Source: a virus
Taxonomy: Duplodnaviria; Heunggongvirae; Uroviricota; Caudoviricetes
IMG/VR virus record: IMGVR_UViG_3300036985_002287
Coordinates: 30,613-94,612 of that record
Strand: one strand, 5' to 3'
DNA: 64,000 bases
The number at the start of each line of letters is the position of its first letter. Positions within the stretch are counted from its first letter, which is position 1. Made by a program: the position numbers and the translations under genes. This document shows positions 1-7,697 of the stretch, in pieces. The notes beneath the pieces are model-generated. The model was not told the origin of the DNA, did no database searches, and was given only the letters and a program-made list of their open reading frames with translations.

Positions 1-109
1 TCTTGGCATTGAAGATAGCTTGTGCAAGTGATTTCTTGCTTGGTGCCTTCGGAGCGGCAACAACAGCTTCAACTTCAGTGGTAACAGCGGTATCTTTAGT
101 CATTTTCAT
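1..109 (-). CDS. hypothetical protein (5' part only; gene runs off left edge)
   Basis: ATG at 109 (or 103) just downstream of AAAGGAA; frame MKMTKDTAVTTEVEAVVAAPKAPSKK... stays open to position 1. Confidence 0.45.
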   Translation of the reverse strand, partial: MKMTKDTAVTTEVEAVVAAPKAPSKKSLAQAIFNAK

Positions 110-204
110 TTCCTTTGTGTGTGTTTAATTGACTCTACTTACTCTACAGTTAACAAACCTCTTTTGCTAACATGTCCTTATTATGCAGGAAGATTACATC
201 CTTG

Positions 205-450
205 TCAAGCCTCCGTCACAACCATTACTTCAAAATCTGCATCTAAATTTACTTTGATCCAGCGTGATGCCTTATGCATATGGCCTTCGCCTTCAGGAGC
301 AATAAATAGCCAAGGACCAAATACGCCAGGTGCAAATAGGATGGTATCGGTCTCTGCCAATACAGTCCATTCATTACCGTGTTCACGCACTCGGTTCTTA
401 CCTTTTTGGGTAATACCCTTTAGCTTGATTTTACTTCCGAGCAAACTCAT
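205..450 (-). CDS. hypothetical protein
   Basis: 81 aa ORF on dominant strand; 4-nt overlap with upstream ORF; opposite-strand ORF 119-475 judged a shadow. Confidence 0.5.
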   Translation of the reverse strand: MSLLGSKIKLKGITQKGKNRVREHGNEWTVLAETDTILFAPGVFGPWLFIAPEGEGHMHKASRWIKVNLDADFEVMVVTEA

Positions 451-644
451 ATTGGGCTCAGACTTTCCGATCTAGGAGATATCTTATTAAGAGTATCTTC
501 GAACGATCCTATCACACTGAAACTATTAGTTTGCAAGTGTATGATACAATTCGACCAATCCGGCGCTATCTCTTCAACCATTGCCACATTTTCAGGTCTG
601 ATGGCAATTTTAGTGCCCATTACAGTTGTAAACGTAAGTAACAT
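447..644 (-). CDS. hypothetical protein
   Basis: 65 aa ORF; junctions overlap both neighbours (644 and 447-450). Confidence 0.5.
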   Translation of the reverse strand: MLLTFTTVMGTKIAIRPENVAMVEEIAPDWSNCIIHLQTNSFSVIGSFEDTLNKISPRSESLSPI

Positions 645-874
645 TATTCGTCCTCCTCATCTTCCAATGCATCTACCAAAGCATCGATGTCGGCATTGTC
701 GGTTTTAATTTTCCTGTTCACATTAACTGTGGCTACAGTGATAGGGCGATAAGCCCATAGTGGACACGACTTGACACTTGTGCAGGCCTCGACCTGTTCC
801 CGCCATGTACCGGGTGTTTTCGGATCGTATATACACATCTTGCACATATCGTTGATAGCTTTGGTGCGACTCAT
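644..874 (-). CDS. small Cys-rich protein
   Basis: 76 aa; CKMC...C...C pattern; AAGGA SD; consensus promoter 899-926 upstream. Confidence 0.55.
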   Translation of the reverse strand: MSRTKAINDMCKMCIYDPKTPGTWREQVEACTSVKSCPLWAYRPITVATVNVNRKIKTDNADIDALVDALEDEEDE

Positions 875-898
875 GTAATTCCTTGTTGCGTTCTATGT

Positions 899-926
899 AT
901 TATAGCAGATGTAGGAAAAATGTCAA
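899..926 (-). promoter_or_regulatory. sigma70-type promoter TTGACA-N16-TATAAT
   Basis: minus strand reads TTGACA (926-921), 16 nt, TATAAT (904-899); 24 nt leader with SD before ATG 874. Confidence 0.7.
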
Positions 927-931
927 TAGGA

Positions 932-1318
932 TTAAGACTTAATCTTATTTAACCGTTTCCACGATGGATAAAAAGTAGGACCCACATCCATAGAAACGTA
1001 ATCTTCTCCCTGCATGTCTTTTTCACCATACTTTATATTTCGTACAGAATTAGCACTGAAGCCAATAATCTGAAGACCTTTCTTAAATTCTTTTATCCAC
1101 AACTTATCTGTACAGATAAGGCCGTGGCCATCCACATTCCGGGAGCCCTGTGTGAACCCGTGTGGCTCGTAGTATGCACGAAGTTCACCAGTGAAAGGAT
1201 CTTCAGGATAGTATTTTAGGCTCGAGTATCCAATTTCGAGTTTGGTAATAAGGACCTCTCGCACTTCTTGCGACCAAAGACCTTTACCATTTGTGAGTGT
1301 GACAATATTAGTTTTCAT
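932..1318 (-). CDS. hypothetical protein
   Basis: 128 aa ORF; 4-nt overlap with upstream ORF. Confidence 0.55.
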   Translation of the reverse strand: MKTNIVTLTNGKGLWSQEVREVLITKLEIGYSSLKYYPEDPFTGELRAYYEPHGFTQGSRNVDGHGLICTDKLWIKEFKKGLQIIGFSANSVRNIKYGEKDMQGEDYVSMDVGPTFYPSWKRLNKIKS

Positions 1319-1656
1319 ATTTGCTTGATAGGCCTCTTCGAAACACGATACCCCATCCTTGCTGCCAAGTCCTTCAGCAAGGCAAGATTGACATCGCCGA
1401 CCTGCTGGTGGCGATTCCAGTGCGTATATGCTACAGGCCTTCCACCATATCCGTCCAATACCGCTAATGTTTGTGTATCAGCATGAACTTGTTCAACAAT
1501 CTGCCCGTATTGAAAGTTTTCAAATCCGTATGATACCGATGATGCCGACTCCCAAATCTTGCGACCTAGTTCGGCGTCTTTTTCCCATACGTGGGCAAGA
1601 TCGTTTGATAATACAACTACAGTTCGAAAGCCCATGTTAGCCAACCTTTCCAACAT
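1315..1656 (-). CDS. hypothetical protein
   Basis: 113 aa ORF; overlaps neighbours at both ends. Confidence 0.55.
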   Translation of the reverse strand: MLERLANMGFRTVVVLSNDLAHVWEKDAELGRKIWESASSVSYGFENFQYGQIVEQVHADTQTLAVLDGYGGRPVAYTHWNRHQQVGDVNLALLKDLAARMGYRVSKRPIKQI

Positions 1657-1843
1657 ATTCCGCTCTCATATACCAGTCCGGAACTGTGGTTGCTGTGTTG
1701 TATTTGGCATTGTATGCACGAGCATATTCTTTTGCTTCGGCCCCATTATCGAAATAGATTGTTTCATCAATCTTGGAACCCCATCCGCGTTCGCTTTCGA
1801 TAATGTCTACACGGAAAGCTGTGTTAAGTTGAACTCTTGCCAT
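1637..1843 (-). CDS. hypothetical protein
   Basis: 68 aa ORF on dominant strand. Confidence 0.5.
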   Translation of the reverse strand: MARVQLNTAFRVDIIESERGWGSKIDETIYFDNGAEAKEYARAYNAKYNTATTVPDWYMRAEYVGKVG

Positions 1844-1853
1844 ATCTTACTCC

Positions 1854-2024
1854 TTATTTTACTATTTCGATTTGGATACACCGTGAACGGGCACCGCTAT
1901 CTTTAGCCATTTCCTGCATACGTTGGCAACTAGCTAGGTCAGCCACAGGCGGGGAATAACTGAGCTGATTACCATTGTGTCCACCCGAAGTGATGAGCAC
2001 CCAGACTAAGAAGATCGATTTCAT
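1854..2024 (-). CDS. small secreted protein (signal-peptide-like N-terminus)
   Basis: Track ORF 1854-2147 trimmed to internal MKSIFLVWVLITSGG... because promoter 2050-2077 and terminator 2092-2120 lie inside the longer version. Confidence 0.45.
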   Translation of the reverse strand: MKSIFLVWVLITSGGHNGNQLSYSPPVADLASCQRMQEMAKDSGARSRCIQIEIVK

Positions 2025-2049
2025 TTTGCTTCCTTGTTGCAATACACTC

Positions 2050-2077
2050 ATTATAGCATAACGCAGCATAAGGTCAA
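2050..2077 (-). promoter_or_regulatory. sigma70-type promoter TTGACC-N16-TATAAT
   Basis: rev-comp of ggtcaa (2072-2077) and attata (2050-2055). Confidence 0.6.
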
Positions 2078-2091
2078 TAGGATATGTACTC

Positions 2092-2120
2092 AAAAGAAAA
2101 GCCCGGGCGATAGGCCCAGG
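2092..2120 (-). terminator. intrinsic terminator of the ncRNA unit
   Basis: minus strand CCTGGGC-CTATC-GCCCGGG (7 bp incl. one G-U) followed by CTTTTCTTTT. Confidence 0.7.
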
Positions 2121-2451
2121 CTTCAATGTCTTTATCACTGACGGCACCAGGAACCCCTAGAACCGCTCTTCGTCACCACCCTCTACGGCGCTGTGTGACT
2201 ACCTATTTTCTAACTTCTCTTTATATTATTGACATTATTATCTCTCCAATGAGCTGATAATAAGCGGCCGGGGTTCTACCCCATCTATATTAGTTTTATC
2301 ATTTTAGTTCTTTGGATATATCTCCTCTGCGAGTGGATAATCGCTCAGTTACCTTTAGCCCTTATTTCATATATCATCTCGACAATTCCTACCACTGGTT
2401 AATAGGCTGTGGAGAGAGGATTTGTGTAGCGTACCGGTGCCATTGCTTCTA

Positions 2452-2577
2452 ACACAATACCATAAAACGAGAAGTCCTTTCTTAGTCTCAGCTACTCCAT
2501 AAATTTAAGCGAGTTAAAAAGTTCCCAACGCTTCTACAAGTCTTACAGTTTCGTCCTTCCGGACTCATCAGTTGTGT
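2452..2577 (-). ncRNA. hammerhead self-cleaving ribozyme (type I topology, long stem III insertion)
   Basis: CUGAUGA-GUCC-GGAA-GGAC-GAAA at 2571-2549; stem III ACUGUAAGAC/GUUUUAUGGU; GUA cleavage triplet (cut 2458|2457); stem I ACACAA/UUGUGU. Confidence 0.75.
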
Positions 2578-3103
2578 AATACTATTTATATCAACTACCC
2601 TTGCTCCGGTCTTGAACCGGACACCGAATGGTCACTAAGGCATGCTTGCAGGACCCGATGACAAAACTCATTCAATGCATCCCCATTTCAAGAGTGTATC
2701 AAAAATTCCTAAGGGGACTCGAAACCCCAAACTGATATATTAAAAGAATACCAGCGCGGCCGTTTAAGACGTAGGATGCAGGCCCACTGTCTCATACAGG
2801 AACTTATAGAAACAAGCTAAAAGGTGAAATAACACTACGGTGCCCTAAGTCAGCGAACCAACATTAGAACCAAACCGGGCCAGGGGACACCTCTCTAGCT
2901 GCAACAAGACTTGACAGAATCCACTTGCAGGTGGTAATCTTTCTCGTCAGCTTGCTTCTATAAATTCCCTACAATAACTAAAGTGAAACACATTATGACC
3001 GGGCTGTTATACTCTCTACTAATACCACCAGGGTATTCGGGTCGTTAGTCCGACTTAGTTACCTATCAACTAATGTATCTCACTTTAGCTATCGTATGTG
3101 TTT

Positions 3104-3132
3104 ATTATAATGCCGTTTACTTACACTGTCAA
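3104..3132 (-). promoter_or_regulatory. perfect consensus promoter TTGACA-N17-TATAAT
   Basis: tgtcaa 3127-3132 and attata 3104-3109 on plus strand; overlaps stop of HD gene; drives the ORF-free unit. Confidence 0.75.
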
Positions 3133-3723
3133 CGGTTGTTCCTTACAATACCGTTCTATGTTTGCCCTTGCCTGTTGCTCCCACCTTTCCCGAGCAAAGT
3201 CGGTATGGTAGATGAATTCACGACAGGTTAGAAACTGCTTTAGGAAGGTAGCACTTTTCGATTGATCTGCTGGATAAGAACCGCCATTCTCTTCAATAAT
3301 GTTTATTTGGTTCTGGATAAAGTCTTCATATGGAAGACAGAGTGAAAAGAGATCAGCATCGAGCAAGGTTCCCAGATCACCTCCTAGATCATCTACCATT
3401 CGCTTATTACTTAGATGAATTTCTATACAAGTATATAGAATCAGTTGTGCAGCCTTATCCACCGCTACCATATTATCGGGCGTCATATCACGCCCTGTCA
3501 GTAGAAGTGCAGCAGCAGAGCATCGTTCGTTAGCATCGGATCCAGCACCCGGAATATAGATAGCATCGTGCCAGTATGCTGCCAGTATCAGTTCAGGTGA
3601 TGCTTTCTCATCGATGATCTGAACACCTTTTACAACATTGAGAGCGTGGCCCCAATTATGATAATGACGACTCTTCCAATTGATATCATACCAATACTGT
3701 GCAGAAGTAGCAATGTCTTTCAT
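3121..3723 (-). CDS. HD-superfamily metal-dependent phosphohydrolase
   Basis: RHYHNWGHALNV...AAYWHDAIY (H..HD pattern); start moved to MKDIATS (ATGA overlap with upstream stop). Confidence 0.65.
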   Translation of the reverse strand: MKDIATSAQYWYDINWKSRHYHNWGHALNVVKGVQIIDEKASPELILAAYWHDAIYIPGAGSDANERCSAAALLLTGRDMTPDNMVAVDKAAQLILYTCIEIHLSNKRMVDDLGGDLGTLLDADLFSLCLPYEDFIQNQINIIEENGGSYPADQSKSATFLKQFLTCREFIYHTDFARERWEQQARANIERYCKEQPLTV

Positions 3724-3938
3724 TTTATTTTCCTTGCTGCCTGTGTTTTCCATCCCTCCAACCAGGCACACCATCTTGCTTGAGTCATTACATCTACAAA
3801 ATTTCTCAACAACTTCGGACCACCGTCTGGGCGTGGATCAACTATTAGTCTATCAGGAAACATAGAGCAATACTCGTTAAATGCCTTGCGGCATACCCTG
3901 AGTTCCTTTAATGATAAATCTGGAACATCTTCTTTCAT
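3720..3938 (-). CDS. hypothetical protein
   Basis: 72 aa ORF; ATGA-type overlaps on both sides. Confidence 0.5.
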   Translation of the reverse strand: MKEDVPDLSLKELRVCRKAFNEYCSMFPDRLIVDPRPDGGPKLLRNFVDVMTQARWCAWLEGWKTQAARKIK

Positions 3939-5332
3939 TCTTCAATCTCCACTTTTTCCGGCTTGATAGCAGCAGCGAACTGAGCTTCAACTTCTGCGAA
4001 ACTATCGGCAACCGTTTTGTCATCGCGGACCTCAATCAATCGTGGTAGGAACAGCGAGTGCTTCTTACCGGCCTTAGTGGAATACATAATACCATTAGAA
4101 CGAATGACAGCAATCTTGTTCATGTATTCGGCGCGGTTGTTATGTATTTCGTTCCGCAAATCATCTGGAATACCCGAAGCATTGACCAAAAGCAGGCCGC
4201 AGCTACTCTCACAGATAAGCGAACCAAATAAGTGAGCAAACTTATTTTTACCTGGTGTAAATCCTTTAATTTCAAGGTCGACGTCAACAACTTCCTTCTG
4301 CTTAACTTGATCTTTGCTTGTACCATCCTTCCAGATTGCGTGACGACTCTTACATACTGTGCCTTCCAACTTACGCCGACGAGCATCACGATAATGTGCA
4401 AGTGCTTCATCGGGAGAATAAACAATCTTTGTTTCAATCAGCTGGATCTGAATAACATCTGTACCTTGTAAGACAGGCTTCATTACCTGTTTTTCAAGCG
4501 AAATAAACCGTTCATGATAAGGAATATTATATTTGCCCTTAGAAACAAATTCTTCTAGCGGAATCTGATCCCAACAATCAAAAACGACCACCTCACCTTC
4601 GCCGAGCGACCCACCTTTGGAAACAGAATTCAAAATCCCATTTCCAATTTGGCGTTCCAACATCACACCGTTACGATACACAGTAAGTTCGCCATGTGTG
4701 CTCGTTCCGTGTGTAAATGTTTTCGCAGCATAATCTTCAATGCCGAGCGCATCCTGAGGCATTACTGTACCACCACGTGAGGTGATTTGAACAAATCCAT
4801 CCTTGCCGACATTCACATAAGCAAACATTCCGTCTGCTTTGATTTGTGAATACACACCTTCGGAATAGTCCCACTCTTCCATATTAGAAGATTCGGGCAA
4901 AGAGCAGCGCATATAAGGAGTGACAGGAATTTCGTAATCCTTGTTTACACCTTTGACAGCTTTGTTTACTGTGGATTCACTAAATCCAGAACCCAAGTCT
5001 TTGATAAGAATCTTGCGATACCAACCATTCCATTGATCATTAGTTGATCGCAGCATGGACATATTGATCGCATCCAGCGCCGCGTGACCTGTTAATACCC
5101 GTTTAGTCAAGCCAACAGCCAGCAGCTTAAACATGTCGAATGGCAATCCTGCTCCATCTGCACCGCTGCGGATAGGAACCTTCTTCACACCAAATGTATC
5201 GATGTTATCCAGCGCATAGCGCAAGCCGGCAAAGAATTCGGTATTGCCTGCCTTAGCTTCACGAGCAATAACACCCTGTTTGAAGAGTTTGCCATTGTCG
5301 GATGCGATTTCTGTAAGTAGTTGGTGTGTCAT
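3935..5332 (-). CDS. ATP-dependent DNA ligase
   Basis: Adenylation motif I KADG (SQIKADGMFAY), EGTVCK (motif IV-like), later K-rich motif; 465 aa. Confidence 0.8.
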   Translation of the reverse strand: MTHQLLTEIASDNGKLFKQGVIAREAKAGNTEFFAGLRYALDNIDTFGVKKVPIRSGADGAGLPFDMFKLLAVGLTKRVLTGHAALDAINMSMLRSTNDQWNGWYRKILIKDLGSGFSESTVNKAVKGVNKDYEIPVTPYMRCSLPESSNMEEWDYSEGVYSQIKADGMFAYVNVGKDGFVQITSRGGTVMPQDALGIEDYAAKTFTHGTSTHGELTVYRNGVMLERQIGNGILNSVSKGGSLGEGEVVVFDCWDQIPLEEFVSKGKYNIPYHERFISLEKQVMKPVLQGTDVIQIQLIETKIVYSPDEALAHYRDARRRKLEGTVCKSRHAIWKDGTSKDQVKQKEVVDVDLEIKGFTPGKNKFAHLFGSLICESSCGLLLVNASGIPDDLRNEIHNNRAEYMNKIAVIRSNGIMYSTKAGKKHSLFLPRLIEVRDDKTVADSFAEVEAQFAAAIKPEKVEIEE

Positions 5333-5333
5333 A

Positions 5334-5768
5334 TTAAACCTTTAGGTATGCGATTTGTTCTTTGATTGCGTGTTTTTGGTCAGGCGTCAGCTTATCCCAT
5401 ACCATATTCGCAACAATGCGGCGATCATTGTATTCGTCTTGTGCTTTCTTAAGCTCGTTTAGCTTTCGTTCAAGTGATTCGAGTTCCCATTCTTCTGTAT
5501 TGTATGTAATGATATCATCAATATAGATTTTATTGGTATGATCTTCACACTCAAATCTAACAGAAGGTCCTGTCTCAGTCAAAGATACATGCGTAGATAC
5601 ACCGAGGTGGCATGCCATTGCTTGAGCATCCATCAACCGTTTAGGAATGGTTGCTTTATACATTGCGATATGCTCGGCCTCATTTAATTCGTATTGTCTA
5701 CGAGTCTCAGCTTCTTCAGCTAAACGCTTTGCTCTGCGGCCGGAAGGGTCGATTACTTTTGTTGCCAT
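5334..5768 (-). CDS. hypothetical protein (probably leaderless mRNA)
   Basis: 144 aa ORF; ATG 6 nt downstream of TATAAT. Confidence 0.6.
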   Translation of the reverse strand: MATKVIDPSGRRAKRLAEEAETRRQYELNEAEHIAMYKATIPKRLMDAQAMACHLGVSTHVSLTETGPSVRFECEDHTNKIYIDDIITYNTEEWELESLERKLNELKKAQDEYNDRRIVANMVWDKLTPDQKHAIKEQIAYLKV

Positions 5769-5774
5769 GTGTAT

Positions 5775-5803
5775 ATTATAGTTGATTCGCTATAAAGAGT
5801 CAA
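5775..5803 (-). promoter_or_regulatory. promoter TTGACT-N17-TATAAT, 6 nt from ATG
   Basis: agtcaa 5798-5803, attata 5775-5780; ATG at 5768. Confidence 0.7.
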
Positions 5804-5808
5804 CAGGA

Positions 5809-6015
5809 TTATTTTAATAATTCCAATCCAAGCCGTCTAATTTCAGCAATGTCTTCGTCACTGTATTTGTCTTCGTCAAACCAACCATAGAAACCCTGAT
5901 GTGTTACTTCATTATCCATCCAGCGTTCTATCTGACCATTTAAGAACACCCTGAAACAACCTTCGTCTGTATCGATATACGCAATCTTTTCTACAAACTT
6001 ACTAATAATTTTCAT
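5809..6015 (-). CDS. hypothetical protein
   Basis: 68 aa ORF; 4-nt overlap upstream. Confidence 0.5.
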   Translation of the reverse strand: MKIISKFVEKIAYIDTDEGCFRVFLNGQIERWMDNEVTHQGFYGWFDEDKYSDEDIAEIRRLGLELLK

Positions 6016-6218
6016 TTTACTTTCCTCGGTTTCGGGAAATATCCTTCGGCAAGGTCGTCAGTGATAGAATTCATAAAGCGTGTCATACTTTCGACATCGC
6101 CGTGTGCCTGGAAAAATTTCTTCTTGGCACCGTCGGCAAACCGTGTAACAGTGATATGAAGATACTTATCGATGTCTTCAGTAACTTCAAAATCAAACAG
6201 TGTCATTAATTTCTGCAT
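6012..6218 (-). CDS. hypothetical protein
   Basis: 68 aa ORF. Confidence 0.5.
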   Translation of the reverse strand: MQKLMTLFDFEVTEDIDKYLHITVTRFADGAKKKFFQAHGDVESMTRFMNSITDDLAEGYFPKPRKVK

Positions 6219-6651
6219 CTTCGGCCTTTAGTTTTCTAAGTCTCAGAACTTCTTTTGTTTCGCCCTTGCTCTTCTTACCATTGCAGGGAGAGCACATAAT
6301 TTGCGTATTGGTAAGATCGTCTGCACCACCCAATGCCCTTGCTTTGATATGATCATGAGTGAATAGAATCTCCTCACCATCACGTACACCATATAGGTTG
6401 AGGTGCCAGGAATCTTGTCCAGGAGATTGCTCCACAGCGAAGAATGTAGCTTCCAAATCGCAGCATACGCACTTCATACCTTTAGCACTCAATCCAGCAC
6501 GAGCAAATGTTCTCATACGGCGAGAGGATACACCTACCCAAATGCCGGATGATCGTTGGATACGGACTCGCTTTTCTTTCCAATGTGTTTTCACATAAGG
6601 AATAATTTCAGAAATGGGTATTACTTCGGATCGAAGGTATCTTTGTGTCAT
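6193..6651 (-). CDS. HNH endonuclease
   Basis: FTHDHIKARALGGADDLTNTQIMCSPCNGKKS = HNH motif; Cys pairs upstream. Confidence 0.8.
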   Translation of the reverse strand: MTQRYLRSEVIPISEIIPYVKTHWKEKRVRIQRSSGIWVGVSSRRMRTFARAGLSAKGMKCVCCDLEATFFAVEQSPGQDSWHLNLYGVRDGEEILFTHDHIKARALGGADDLTNTQIMCSPCNGKKSKGETKEVLRLRKLKAEDAEINDTV

Positions 6652-6657
6652 GCTACT

Positions 6658-6685
6658 ATTATAACATAAGATATAGAAAAGACAA
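6658..6685 (-). promoter_or_regulatory. promoter TTGTCT-N16-TATAAT, 6 nt from ATG
   Basis: attata 6658-6663; weaker -35; ATG at 6651. Confidence 0.5.
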
Positions 6686-6692
6686 ATAGGTA

Positions 6693-6730
6693 GCAGTCGC
6701 GAATGAAAAATTGTTAATCATTCCACTGCC
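6693..6730. repeat. GGCAGTGG...TTCGCGACTGC hairpin element, copy 1
   Basis: gcagtcgcgaa...ccactgcc; related copies at 12314-12362 and 12156-12177. Confidence 0.45.
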
Positions 6731-6809
6731 TGTGCTTTGGTTCTTATGGGTTTAGGATGCTATTTTATAGCAGACGCCCGTAATCCTTTCGGATACCTGC
6801 CCTCACACC

Positions 6810-7697
6810 TTAAATTATATTCTTTGCAACAGAGTCCACGATTACTTTCATATGCTTCGGACCTATATCTACACTCTCCGAAAAATCAATTACGAAGTCT
6901 TTTCTTGTTAGTGGATCTTCGAGATATTCTTTAACTAATTTGTTCCAAAATACTAAATTTTCTTGTCGAGCATCTTTAGGAAGCACAATACAATACCCAT
7001 CTGCATCTTGCCATAGTGGATAAACTTTATTTAGAATAGGAACGAATTCCGAATCGTGTAAAGGTTTTCTATTGCTCAAAGCAAGTAATCGTAACTTTCC
7101 TGCATCTATCATCGGCTTTGCAAGTATCAACGGAAGTATAGCAACGTCGACATGACCACCCATTACATCTGTCATTAACGGTGCACCACCTTTATATGCG
7201 ACCAATGTGGGTGGCCGCCTTCCATTTTTAAGATCTGTAAACTTGAATAGTTCTTCCATTAGAATCTTTTGTGCTGGTGCTCCATAGCCAAATGATTTTT
7301 TGGTGTCTACTTTGCTCAACTCGTTTTGAACTTCTGACAACGATTGTAGGCTATTAGCAGACCCAGTTACAAGTGCAAAGATCGACGTTCTTATCATAGA
7401 TACATATTCAAATTGATAATTAGGGTTCTTATTTTGATAGACTGCTACAGTAGCCACAGTACCAAAACCGATTGTGCTGTCGTCGGCAGAAGCAACTTCT
7501 CCCATCCCTATTAAGCCGTCTGCACCACTTTTATAATTTGCAATAATATTGATTCCTCGTGAATCGGCATATTTTTGAAAATGTCGAAAGGCAATATCGG
7601 CGCCGCCGCCTGGCGGAAATGGTATAATGGCTTTATATGGGTCGGCGTGAGCAATGGCGCATATTAAAATTAACGCTGCGATTATAATTTTTCTCAT
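6810..7697 (-). CDS. TctC/Bug-family periplasmic solute-binding protein (tripartite tricarboxylate transporter receptor)
   Basis: Signal peptide MRKIIIAALILICAIAHA; PFPPGGGADI..., YKGGAPLMTDVMGGHVDV, AGKLRLLAL family signatures. Confidence 0.8.
   Translation of the reverse strand: MRKIIIAALILICAIAHADPYKAIIPFPPGGGADIAFRHFQKYADSRGINIIANYKSGADGLIGMGEVASADDSTIGFGTVATVAVYQNKNPNYQFEYVSMIRTSIFALVTGSANSLQSLSEVQNELSKVDTKKSFGYGAPAQKILMEELFKFTDLKNGRRPPTLVAYKGGAPLMTDVMGGHVDVAILPLILAKPMIDAGKLRLLALSNRKPLHDSEFVPILNKVYPLWQDADGYCIVLPKDARQENLVFWNKLVKEYLEDPLTRKDFVIDFSESVDIGPKHMKVIVDSVAKNII

Larger units (their letters stand above)
2092..3097 (-). ncRNA. about 1 kb ORF-free transcription unit, candidate large structured RNA (family unknown)
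   Basis: No ORF >=60 aa in six frames; bounded by perfect consensus promoter and terminator; GC-richer than flanks; many short GC hairpins; embedded hammerhead. Confidence 0.6.

Noticed and set aside
119-475. 118-aa plus-strand ORF
   Set aside because: It is antisense to two tightly coupled minus-strand ORFs. It has no SD or promoter, and its composition looks like a shadow frame.
2713-2728. GGGG-UUUCGAGU-CCCC hairpin as the T-arm of a real tRNA
   Set aside because: The 53:61 position cannot form the usual G-C pair in any 5-bp/7-nt register, and no cloverleaf could be built around it.
2944-2950. Second hammerhead-like CUGACGA box in the ncRNA unit
   Set aside because: It is followed directly by GAAAG with no stem II, and I found no matching stems or NUH site.
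2092-3097. Identification of the ORF-free unit as tmRNA, RNase P RNA, 6S RNA or a group I/II intron
   Set aside because: I could not find the diagnostic features. There is no tag-peptide reading frame or tRNA-like ends for tmRNA, no GAGGAAAGUCC P4 box for RNase P, no domain-5-like hairpin or RT ORF for a group II intron, and no split host gene at the flanks. This remains open until covariance models are run.
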